54,018 bases of DNA from Cytophagales bacterium (GTDB lineage Bacteria > Bacteroidota > Bacteroidia > Cytophagales > ES-bin-26). Numbering within the stretch: position 1 is the first letter of the stretch; the number at the start of each line of letters is the position of its first letter. The position numbers and the translations under genes are program-made. Of this stretch, positions 16,520 through 24,540 are shown one piece after another. Under the pieces are notes generated by a model. The model was not told where the DNA came from and made no database searches. It saw only the letters and a list, made by a program, of their open reading frames with translations. Location: NCBI GenBank assembly GCA_014379925.1, contig JACMKY010000006.1:1-54018 (forward strand). Direction: 5' to 3'.

Positions 16520-18910
16520 ATGCTGCGCAACCATTTCAAAATCGCCTGGCGGAACCTGACCAGAAACAGGGTCTATTCGGTCATCAACATTTTTGGCCTG
16601 GCAACTGGTATGGCCGTTGCCATCCTCATCGGCTTGTGGCTGTACGACGAATTTTCCTACGATACCCATCACCAGAACTACGACCGCATCGCGCAGGTGA
16701 TGCAAAACCAGACGTTTGATGGCGAAGTCCGCACGTGGGACAATCAAGCCATGCAACTCGGACCCGAACTTCGCGATTCGTACGGCAACCACTTTAAATA
16801 CATCGTAATGGCGTCCGGGACCAATGACCACATTCTGTCAGCGGGCGAAAAGAGGCTAAACAAAAGTGGTGCGTACATGGAACCCCAAGTGCCCGACCTG
16901 TTGACGCTGAAGATGTTGAAAGGAACGCGGGCGGGCTTGAATGACCCCAGTTCCATTTTGCTCTCAGAGTCAGTTGCCCAATCATTTTTTGGGGATGCCG
17001 ACCCGGTGGGTGCGTTGATGAAGATTGACAACAAACTGATTGTGAAAGTCACCGGGGTCTACGAAGACCTGCCCCGTAATTCATCTTTTGCTGATCTGAC
17101 GTTCATTGCCCCCTGGGAACTGCTGATCAAAAGTGAGGAGTTCGACAAGAAGCTGACCTGGGGCAACAGTTGGTTCCAAACATTCGTCCAGGTGACCGAT
17201 CAAGCCGACATCGGCAACGTTTCGGCAGCGATCAAATACGCTAAACTGAATCGCCTCAGAAAAGAAAAAACGGATGATGTTCGATCCAAGCCGGAACTCT
17301 TCCTGCATCCTATGAGTCGCTGGCATTTGTACGGCGAATTCAAAAACGGAGTCAACGTAGGTGGCCGGATACAGTACGTATGGATGTACGGGACCATTGG
17401 GGTATTCGTCCTGTTGCTGGCCTGCATCAATTTTATGAACCTGAGTACGGCCCGCTCCGAAAAAAGGGCCAAGGAAGTGGGTATTCGGAAAGTGGTCGGT
17501 TCAGCCCGTAGCCAACTGATCAGCCAATTCTTTACCGAGTCAATCGTAGTGGCCTTGCTGGCCTTTGCCCTGTCGTTGCTGTTGGTGCCGCTCGCGTTGC
17601 CCTTGTTCAACGAGACCGCCGACAAAAAGATGGAGATGCTGTGGGCCAATCCCTGGTTCTGGCTGACCGGCATCGGGTTCAGCCTGATAACGGGCTTGAT
17701 CGCCGGCAGTTATCCAGCCCTTTACCTGTCGTCTTTTGTCCCCGTTAAAGTGTTGAAAGGCACCTTCCGGCTGGGTCGTTTGGCGGCACTTCCCCGTAAA
17801 GCCCTGGTTGTCGTGCAATTTACGGTTTCCATCACGCTCATCATCGGCACCGTCATCGTTTTCCGCCAAATTCAGTTCACCAAAAACCGGCCGGTTGGCT
17901 ACAGCCGCAACGGCTTGTTGACCATTCCCATGCAAACCGAAGAGGTTCGCCAGGGATACGAGGCCTTGCGCAACGATTTGCTCGGAACGGGGGCAGTAGT
18001 GGAACTGTCCCAATCGGAAAGCCCGGTAACCAACGCCGGAATAACGAACGGTGGTTTTGAGTGGCGGGGTAAAGCGCCCGGTATGCAGGATGAACAGGTT
18101 ACCGTTGGCGTCACGCACGAATTCGGCAAAACGGTGGATTGGAAAATCAAGGAAGGGCGCGACTTTTCGAGGGCGTTTGCCACCGACTCATCCGGTTTTA
18201 TCCTCAATGAAGCCGCCGTGAAATACATGGGTTTCGACCAGCCGCTCGGGGAGCAGGTCAAGGCTTTTGGCCGAACCTACACGGTAATCGGGGTGGTCAA
18301 AAACATGGTAATGCAATCGCCCTACGAAGCAGTGGGTCCCATCATTTTCTACATCGATGCCTTCAAACGGACTAATTTCATCAACGTGAAGATCAACCCG
18401 CGGACCAGCGTCAGTGAGGCCTTGGCGACCATTGGAACGGTCTTCAAGCAGCACAACCCCACGACGCCCTTCGAGTTTAAGTTCGCCGATGACGCTTACG
18501 CGGCCAAGTTTCGCTCGGAGGAACAGGTTGGTCGGTTGGCCCGTTACTTTTCAGGGCTCGCCATTTTCATCAGTTGCCTGGGTTTGTTTGGTTTGGCCTC
18601 CTTCACGGCTGAGCAACGCACCAAGGAGATTGGGGTTCGCAAGGTGCTGGGCGCGACGGTCATCAACCTGGTAACGCTGCTCTCCGGGGATTTCCTGAAG
18701 CTGGTATTGGTTGCCCTCCTGATTGCTACGCCGTTGGCCTGGTATTTTCTTTCCGGTTGGCTCCAAGCGTATGCGTACCGCACTGACCTGGCGTGGTCGG
18801 TATTCGCCCTGTCCGGGCTGGGAGCGGTTGGCATCGCCCTGCTGACGGTGAGTTTCCAGAGCGTGAAGGCCGCGCGGATGAATCCGGTGAAATCGTTGCG
18901 AACGGAATAA
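16520..18910 (+). CDS. ABC transporter permease, FtsX/MacB-like (two FtsX domains, about 800 aa type)
   Basis: 796 aa. Canonical N-terminus MLRNHFKIAWRNLTRNRVYS, MacB-type periplasmic domains, two 4-TM FtsX modules, and the C-terminal MNPVKSLRTE tail. Confidence 0.92.
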   Translation: MLRNHFKIAWRNLTRNRVYSVINIFGLATGMAVAILIGLWLYDEFSYDTHHQNYDRIAQVMQNQTFDGEVRTWDNQAMQLGPELRDSYGNHFKYIVMASGTNDHILSAGEKRLNKSGAYMEPQVPDLLTLKMLKGTRAGLNDPSSILLSESVAQSFFGDADPVGALMKIDNKLIVKVTGVYEDLPRNSSFADLTFIAPWELLIKSEEFDKKLTWGNSWFQTFVQVTDQADIGNVSAAIKYAKLNRLRKEKTDDVRSKPELFLHPMSRWHLYGEFKNGVNVGGRIQYVWMYGTIGVFVLLLACINFMNLSTARSEKRAKEVGIRKVVGSARSQLISQFFTESIVVALLAFALSLLLVPLALPLFNETADKKMEMLWANPWFWLTGIGFSLITGLIAGSYPALYLSSFVPVKVLKGTFRLGRLAALPRKALVVVQFTVSITLIIGTVIVFRQIQFTKNRPVGYSRNGLLTIPMQTEEVRQGYEALRNDLLGTGAVVELSQSESPVTNAGITNGGFEWRGKAPGMQDEQVTVGVTHEFGKTVDWKIKEGRDFSRAFATDSSGFILNEAAVKYMGFDQPLGEQVKAFGRTYTVIGVVKNMVMQSPYEAVGPIIFYIDAFKRTNFINVKINPRTSVSEALATIGTVFKQHNPTTPFEFKFADDAYAAKFRSEEQVGRLARYFSGLAIFISCLGLFGLASFTAEQRTKEIGVRKVLGATVINLVTLLSGDFLKLVLVALLIATPLAWYFLSGWLQAYAYRTDLAWSVFALSGLGAVGIALLTVSFQSVKAARMNPVKSLRTE

Positions 18911-18983
18911 GACCCGACCGGTGTCGGGTAGGCGCTGTGGACCAAGTAACGTTTGTCGAGTTGAAACCTGATCCCCCATACTG

Positions 18984-19661
18984 ATGAAACGAACCCTTGT
19001 TGCGATGGTCGGGCTGTGCCTGTCGGCCGGGCTGCTGGCCCCGTTACCCGCAATGGCCCAGAAGAAATCCAGCGTAACCCCTGATCTGGCCATCCTTGCG
19101 CAAGGCAAGGCAGCCGCGGTGAACCGAACGGTAACCGCGCTGGCCGAAGGCCGCCGAAAAGGGGTCCGGTTGGACGGGCGACCCGGCGAGGGAATGGTTT
19201 GGCTACCGGACGTGCAATTGACCAATGGCGTGGTGGCGTTCGACGTCCGGGGCAAGGACCTCCTGCAGCAAAGCTTCGTGGGCGTGGCGTTTCACGGACT
19301 GGATGACCAGACCTACGAGGCGATCTATTTCCGACCTTTCAACTTCCGCAGTGAAGATGCCGTCCGACGGGTTCACGCCGTTCAATACGTCGCCCAGCCC
19401 GCTTATACCTGGCAGAAACTGCGGGCTGAATTTCCCGGCAAATACGAAGCGGCCGTTGCCCCGGCTCCCGACCCGAACGACTGGTTTCACGTACGGGTGG
19501 AAATAGCGGCTCCGACGGTGCGCGTCTTCGTGAATCAAATCGCATCTCCCGTACTAATCGTCGAACCACTTGGTCAACCGGCCGGCGGCCGGCTGGGACT
19601 TTGGGTGGGGAACAACTCCGGGGGCGACTTTGCCAATCTGACCATCACGACTGTTCAGTAA
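18984..19661 (+). CDS. secreted DUF1080 / concanavalin-A-like lectin-glucanase fold protein
   Basis: 225 aa with a signal peptide. FDVRGKD...GVAFHG...WFHVRVEIAAPTVRVFVN...GRLGLWVGNNSGGDFANLTI matches the DUF1080 (3-keto-disaccharide hydrolase-like) pattern. Confidence 0.8.
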   Translation: MKRTLVAMVGLCLSAGLLAPLPAMAQKKSSVTPDLAILAQGKAAAVNRTVTALAEGRRKGVRLDGRPGEGMVWLPDVQLTNGVVAFDVRGKDLLQQSFVGVAFHGLDDQTYEAIYFRPFNFRSEDAVRRVHAVQYVAQPAYTWQKLRAEFPGKYEAAVAPAPDPNDWFHVRVEIAAPTVRVFVNQIASPVLIVEPLGQPAGGRLGLWVGNNSGGDFANLTITTVQ

Positions 19662-19739
19662 AAAGTGATCATACCATCCTCCCGGGCAGTCTTGCCATCG
19701 GACAACCGGGAGAAAGTTTTGGGAGGTTGACGTCCAATG

Positions 19740-19776
19740 GTGGACAAATTTGCATTCGGAATGCAAATTTGTCCAC
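19740..19776. repeat. near-perfect 37-bp palindrome (18-bp arms), terminator-like hairpin downstream of the DUF1080 gene
   Basis: GTGGACAAATTTGCATTC-G-GAATGCAAATTTGTCCAC. The arms are perfectly complementary. Lies 79 nt after the stop at 19661. No T-tract follows. Confidence 0.85.
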
Positions 19777-20119
19777 TACGGCCGTATCTTCAAAGGATAA
19801 CCGCTAAACACTTGCGTTGACGGCATCGCGGGGATCTAGAAAGGTTTTGTGCGAAAATCGTCGCCGAATTTTCTCCAACACCTCCCCGATGATTTTGGGT
19901 GGAAGACTTCGTTGTAGAACCTGCCGCGGCAATTGGTCAACGCCACGATGGCAATGTCGTCGACCGGGTCAACGAAGGCAGTGGAAAGCGAGGACGGAGG
20001 TATTTCCCAAGGACAAAGCACGCTCCGGTTGCAGTAGTCGGCGGCCACGCGTATTTTTTGGGTCTCCAGGCGTAACTTGCCCCTCACCAACCCATCCGTC
20101 GTCAACCTACCCATCTTCC

Positions 20120-21007
20120 ATGCAACTCCTCACGCCTGCCCATTGGCAAGCCTACCAATTGATCGATTCGGGCGGTTTCGAGAAACTGGAGCAGTTCGGC
20201 GACTACGTGCTGTCCCGCCCCGAGCCCCAGGCCGTGTGGGATAAGTCGCTGCCGGCAGGGGAGTGGGAACGGCGGGCGCACGCCTTTTTTCGCAAGGAGA
20301 AAAACAACCCCGAAAAGGGACAGTGGGAGCCCAAACCAGGGATGCCCGAACACTGGCGCTTGCCCTACCGCCACGCCGGGCTGGACTTGACGTTCAGCCT
20401 CTCGCTTTCGTCCTTCAAGCACGTGGGCCTCTTTCCCGAGCAGGCCGCCAACTGGGACTACATCTACGAGAAACTAAGGGCTATCCAAGCCCACGTGGCC
20501 CAGCCCCGGGTACTGAACCTGTTTGCCTACACGGGCGGGGCCTCGCTGGCGGCCAAACAGGCCGGGGCCGACGTCTCGCACGTGGATTCGATGCGGCAGG
20601 TGGTAAGCTGGGCGCGCGAAAATATGGAAGCCAGCCGCCTCGACCACATCCGCTGGGTGGTGGAAGACGCGCTCAAGTTCGTGAAGCGGGAAGCCAGGCG
20701 GGGCAACGTCTACCAGGGCATCATCCTCGATCCGCCCGCCTACGGACGCGGTCCCGACGGTGAAAAGTGGGTGCTGGAGGAGCACATCAATGAACTGCTC
20801 AAGCTGAGCAGTCAACTGCTCGACCAACGGCACCACTTCTTTCTCCTCAATTTGTACTCGCTGGGCTTCTCGGCCCTGATCGTGCAGAACCTGATCGACT
20901 GCTGCTTCGGCCGGGTGCAGCACCCCGAATACGGCGAGTTGTATCTGGAAGACGGCTTCCGGAAAAAGCTGCCGCTGGGCGTGTTCTACCGGTTTGCCAG
21001 TGAGTAA
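20120..21007 (+). CDS. class I SAM-dependent methyltransferase, RlmI/RlmK-type (PF10672-like)
   Basis: ORF track gives 19817..21007, but the N-terminal 101 aa are Arg/Cys-rich junk. ATG at 20120 gives MQLLTPAHWQAYQLIDSGGFEKLEQFG. SAM motif VLNLFAYTGGASLAAK and DPPAYGRGP. Confidence 0.85.
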   Translation: MQLLTPAHWQAYQLIDSGGFEKLEQFGDYVLSRPEPQAVWDKSLPAGEWERRAHAFFRKEKNNPEKGQWEPKPGMPEHWRLPYRHAGLDLTFSLSLSSFKHVGLFPEQAANWDYIYEKLRAIQAHVAQPRVLNLFAYTGGASLAAKQAGADVSHVDSMRQVVSWARENMEASRLDHIRWVVEDALKFVKREARRGNVYQGIILDPPAYGRGPDGEKWVLEEHINELLKLSSQLLDQRHHFFLLNLYSLGFSALIVQNLIDCCFGRVQHPEYGELYLEDGFRKKLPLGVFYRFASE

Positions 21008-21017
21008 CGGTCAGTGT

Positions 21018-21130
21018 TCAGCCGTCATTTATGGAACAATAATCGGGAAGTGAGAAGAGGATAAGTGTCTGAATATGAACAATTAATGCTATTTTGTTGG
21101 TGCATTTCCGTCTTACGAATTGACGGCTGA
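21018..21130. repeat. 10-bp inverted repeat (TCAGCCGTCA / TGACGGCTGA) bracketing a 93-bp AT-rich segment
   Basis: Arms at 21018-21027 and 21121-21130. Starts 11 nt after the methyltransferase stop. The interior is the most AT-rich stretch I noticed in the window. Confidence 0.7.
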
Positions 21131-21477
21131 TCGCTGATGGATACTTCCTGGCAAAGGAATACGACAAGTTCATCAAGGAAAACTTGTCGGCGCTTATCGT
21201 TCCGCTGACCCGCCAGACGCGGCAAATCGAAGCGGTCGCGTGCGAGGTGCTGCCCGACAAACCGGAACCCCCGTTGGAGGGGGTGGCCCCGCCGACTTCG
21301 GGCAGCGGATTACCACGAAAGAGGAGCAATGGGGCCGTGACTGATTACCCCATCATAAAGACGGGAAGGGTGATTTCAAAATTACGCGGCCTTGTTAAAG
21401 GCCTCCGGGATGAGATGAGTCAGCTTACTTTTGAAAGCGACCCTGAGTTTGAGCAGCTGTCGTGCTCGTTATGCTGA
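21130..21477 (+). pseudogene. ORF without an in-frame ATG; possible 5' remnant of an Rpn/PD-(D/E)XK-type putative transposase gene
   Basis: The frame is open from 21130 with no ATG; the track uses TTG at 21184. EYDKFIKENLSALIVPLTRQ resembles the YDKIFKEN... N-termini of Rpn-like proteins (recalled, unverified). The rest has no recognisable similarity. Confidence 0.25.
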
Positions 21478-21564
21478 CCAACGTTGCCCGGAACGATTCA
21501 TTCGATGTTGGATCAGTGTGCGGTGAACCGCCTCGATGACCCTCGAATCAATGCAAAAACTCGC

Positions 21565-22066
21565 CTATAGCCACGGTTTTATTCCACAAGTCGCCGGTTT
21601 CACGGTGTGGTCGAGGTAGCTGTTCATCGACTGGCTCATTATGCTTCGCATGGCTTCGTCGTTAAGCGTCTGGCTCTGCTGCTGCAAAGCGCCGCATTGG
21701 ACTTGCTCGGGTCAATCATACCCTTCATAATGGCGTACACGCTGGTCACCTCGCCCTGTGCCGGTGAAAGGTTTGCCAATTAGGCTACCCATCATGGCCA
21801 GCGGGCTGCGCTGGGTGCTGGGGCCCTGGCTGTCGTAGGCCAGCTGCAGGCCGCCCCCGTTCACCTCCATGGCGACGCGGTCGTAGGTAACTTGCAGATT
21901 CCGGGTGTTGCCGGCGGCCTGCACGGCAAATGTGCTGTCCATAGTCAGGTCCTAACTCATCTTCGCGCCCTGGGACTCCATGTTCTGCTTGGTATTTTTT
22001 AATGCGTGAAAATTGTATCTCAGTCATTTTGCTCCAATGCCATACCACTGGCGAAACTGAATACAC
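21565..22066 (-). pseudogene. multiply frameshifted remnant of a conserved hypothetical gene (DUF6263-like?)
   Basis: Coding-looking peptide continues across three minus-strand frames: ...NLQVTYDRVAMEVNGGGLQLAYDS...LIGKPFTGTGRG / EVTSVYAIMKGMIDPSKSNAAL / QQQSQTLNDEAMRSIMSQSMNSYLDHTVKP. At least two frameshifts and an internal stop. Confidence 0.4.
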
Positions 22067-22085
22067 GCAACTTCTTAAATGATTC

Positions 22086-22130
22086 GCTGTTTCCGCCTCA
22101 TGTCCAATGACTTGGTGGGCAGCGCGTTTG
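22086..22130 (-). repeat. copy A of the 45-nt cassette-associated arm (half attC-like)
   Basis: 40/45 identical to 22764-22807. Lies 35 nt downstream of the VOC gene stop (22166). Heptamer is GGTGGGC instead of GTTGGGC. No outer partner arm found. Confidence 0.6.
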
Positions 22131-22165
22131 GTTGAAACACGTTGTCTTCAAACCGACTCGGAACG

Positions 22166-22609
22166 TCATCTGCTCGGTAACTGCTCGATGCCGATGATGT
22201 TGCCGTCCGGGTCTTTAAACCACGAAACCTTGAAGCCGGTTTGGTCGCTATACACGCCGTTCTCTGTCTTCAGGTCGGGCATGTCGTATTCCTCGAAGGA
22301 AACGCTCCGACTTCGGAGGTCGGACATTACCTCATCGAGGTTCTCGACGAGGAAGGTTGCAACCGAGTATTCGGCGGTGGAGTGCTGCCGCTCGTAGAGA
22401 TTAAGCATTGTTCCCCCACCAGCTTGATAATACACTCCGCGCCTCTCGTCCGATATTGCCGCCTTCAAGCCAAGTGTTTCCTCGTAGAAACGTCGGGCGC
22501 GTTGGAGGTCAGTCGTGGGAACGGTTGCACAGACGAGCGCATTCGTGAGCAGAGTCGAAGCCTTCTCTCGTTGGGCTTCCTCATTGGCTTCGCTGTTTTC
22601 AGTTGTCAT
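22166..22609 (-). CDS. VOC-family (glyoxalase/bleomycin-resistance/dioxygenase fold) protein
   Basis: 147 aa. TVPTTDLQRARRFYEETLGLK...FKDPDGNIIGIEQ is a typical VOC beta-alpha-beta-beta-beta module pair, preceded by an acidic N-terminal tail. Confidence 0.85.
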   Translation of the reverse strand: MTTENSEANEEAQREKASTLLTNALVCATVPTTDLQRARRFYEETLGLKAAISDERRGVYYQAGGGTMLNLYERQHSTAEYSVATFLVENLDEVMSDLRSRSVSFEEYDMPDLKTENGVYSDQTGFKVSWFKDPDGNIIGIEQLPSR

Positions 22610-22682
22610 ATCGTTCTCATTCGCTCAAATGGATGCTTTTACAAAAGTGGTTTCTCTATCGGCGCATCCGGCTCAACCGATA

Positions 22683-22800
22683 GCCGCCCAACGACCGAAT
22701 TGACGCGGGTGAAACCGCCAACACGTAACATCAGGTTTAACGGACGACGTTTTTAAGAAAGTTGCTGTTTCGCCTCGCGTCCAATGACTTGTTGGGCGGC
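22683..22800 (-). repeat. 118-nt imperfect hairpin with attC-like architecture
   Basis: Outer helix: GCCGCCCAAC (22683-22692) pairs with GTTGGGCGGC (22791-22800). Then a 5x5 internal loop. Second helix: ATTGACGCG (22699-22707) pairs with CGCGTC(C)AAT (22776-22785), with one bulged C. T22775 is bulged. Third helix: GGTGAAAC (22708-22715) pairs with GTTTCGCC (22767-22774). The centre is ~51 nt and variable. Confidence 0.5.
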
Positions 22801-22832
22801 GCGTTTGACGTGGCGAGCCGCCTCCTAATTTA

Positions 22833-23111
22833 CTAAATATGCCAGTCCGCCGCGCGCTTTTGCATTTCTTCGGGCAATAGGTATTCGAGGTGCGTGGCGA
22901 AGAACCACGAATGCCCGAACGGGTCTTCCAGCACCGCCATAAAGTCGCCGTGAAACTGCTCCTCGGGCGGTCTTATCACTTTAGCTCCTGAGGTCTCGGC
23001 TTGCTGCACCAGAGCATCTACGTCGTTCACATAAATGATACTATTCACGAGCGTTCCGTCGACCGACTGCGGACTGAAAAAGTCCATCTCTAAAATCTCG
23101 TCGCGTATCAT
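22833..23111 (-). CDS. short/truncated VOC-family (PhnB/glyoxalase-like) protein
   Basis: 92 aa. VNDVDALVQQAETSGAKVIRPPEEQFHGDFMAVLEDPFGHSWFFATH is the C-terminal VOC module only. An in-frame stop 12 codons upstream of the ATG excludes a longer N-terminus. Confidence 0.6.
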   Translation of the reverse strand: MIRDEILEMDFFSPQSVDGTLVNSIIYVNDVDALVQQAETSGAKVIRPPEEQFHGDFMAVLEDPFGHSWFFATHLEYLLPEEMQKRAADWHI

Positions 23112-23222
23112 TATCGATGGCGGAAGGCCTGAATATTCAACTGATCAGCAAGCTTACCCGCCGGAGTATGAAAAACTTGAAAGATTTGCAAAAATTCGTA
23201 GTCCTCCGCGTGAGGGACCTTC

Positions 23223-24266
23223 CTACACCACGTTTACCTCGGCTTGCAAGGCAATGCCAAACTTGCCGGCCACCGAAGCCTGCACCCGTTCCGACAGCCG
23301 CTGGATCTCCGCCCCGGTTGCCTCACCGTAATTGACCAGCACCAACGCCTGTTGCGCGTGTACGCCTGCGTTGCCTACCCGCTTGCCCTTCCAGCCGCAC
23401 TGTTCGATGAGCCAGCCCGCCGGAACTTTCACCTGGCCCGCCGGCGCGGGGTAGTGGGGAACGGTGGGATGCTGGCTCCTCAACCGGTCGAACGCAGCCT
23501 CGTCCATCTCCGGGTTTTTGAAGAAGCTCCCGGCGTTGCCGATCTGGTGCGGGTCGGGGAGCTTGCTGGTGCGGATGCGGCAGACCGCCTCGCTGATGGC
23601 GCGGATGGAAAGGTTCGCGCCCATCTCGCGCAACGTGTCCGCGATGGCCCCGTAGGAAGTGTGGAAAACGGGCTGCTTGTCCAGCCGCAGCGTCACGCTG
23701 GTGATGATGTACTGGCCCTTGAGGTCGTGCTTGAACACGCTTTCGCGGTAGCCGAAACGGCAGTCCGCGTGGCCGAACGGGCGGAGCGAGCCGTCGGAAA
23801 TTCGTACCGCCTCCAGTTCCTCGAACACGTCCTTGATCTCCACGCCGTAGGCCCCGATGTTCTGCATCGGCGCCGCACCCACCGTACCCCAGATCAGCGA
23901 AAGGTTTTCGATGCCCGCGTAGTCGTGGTCGAGGCAGTGTACCACCAAGTCGTGCCAATTCACGCCCGCCCCGGCCCTCACCCACGCGTGCGCGTCGTCT
24001 TCCCGAACCGTCTGAATGCCCGGCAAGTTGATTTTCAATACCAGGCCGTCGAAGTCGCGGGTGAAGAGGAGGTTGCTGCCCCCGCCCAGCACGAGCTTGT
24101 CCATCGGCCCGTAGACGGGGGAAGTGAGCAACGCCCGCAAGTCTTCCAAGCGGGTGATCTCGGCGAAATGGCGGGCGTTGGCTTCAATACCAAACGTGTT
24201 GAAGCGCCGAAGCGAAACGTTGTCAGTTATCAATGATCCGTTATCAATTAAGCCCGACTTGCGCAT
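23223..24266 (-). CDS. murB: UDP-N-acetylenolpyruvoylglucosamine reductase
   Basis: 347 aa. FAD-binding domain (LGGGSNLLF) plus MurB C-terminal domain (GSFFKNP...AGWLIEQCGWKG...HAQQALVLVN). Confidence 0.95.
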   Translation of the reverse strand: MRKSGLIDNGSLITDNVSLRRFNTFGIEANARHFAEITRLEDLRALLTSPVYGPMDKLVLGGGSNLLFTRDFDGLVLKINLPGIQTVREDDAHAWVRAGAGVNWHDLVVHCLDHDYAGIENLSLIWGTVGAAPMQNIGAYGVEIKDVFEELEAVRISDGSLRPFGHADCRFGYRESVFKHDLKGQYIITSVTLRLDKQPVFHTSYGAIADTLREMGANLSIRAISEAVCRIRTSKLPDPHQIGNAGSFFKNPEMDEAAFDRLRSQHPTVPHYPAPAGQVKVPAGWLIEQCGWKGKRVGNAGVHAQQALVLVNYGEATGAEIQRLSERVQASVAGKFGIALQAEVNVV

Positions 24267-24540
24267 TTCGTGAAAAACATCAATATAGCCGAGAAAACAA
24301 AGTGGATATTCAGGATATATCAGCCCGTTGCTCCTGAAACGGGGTATTAAAAAACATAAAAATACTTCTATTTCGGCTAAAAAGACGCTTTTTTCTCATT
24401 ATACTCGTATCGGGCTGACCTACGATAGATTGAATGATTTTGTTGGTTCTCGCGCGGGAGTGACAATAGTAAGTTTTCACAGTAACAACGCCGACTGAAA
24501 TCAGTGAGCGGATGGATACGCAGACCGACTAAACCCGGCA

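Noticed and set aside
19817-20119. 101-aa N-terminal extension of the methyltransferase ORF, and the opposite-strand 92-aa ORF 19836..20114.
   Set aside because: The extension is Arg/Cys/Pro-rich junk, and the conserved MQLLTPAHW... start is at 20120. The minus-strand ORF has no recognisable family; a vague HEPN/DUF86-like resemblance appears only after assuming a frameshift. I left it unannotated.
21478-21515. Short CCAAC...GTTGG inverted repeat (ACCAACGTTGCCCGG...CGATGTTGGAT) as another attC site.
   Set aside because: It has only 5-bp arms and a 29-nt spacing, which is below the usual attC length. GACCAAC does not fit RYYYAAC, and there is no internal L-box pairing.
24267-24540. Possible ncRNA or terminator in the AT-rich murB/icmF spacer, including ORF 24377..24658.
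   Set aside because: I found only short, weak stems (CCCGTT/AACGGG) without an appropriately placed U-tract, and no tRNA-like cloverleaf. The ORF overlaps the icmF 3' end and has no features.
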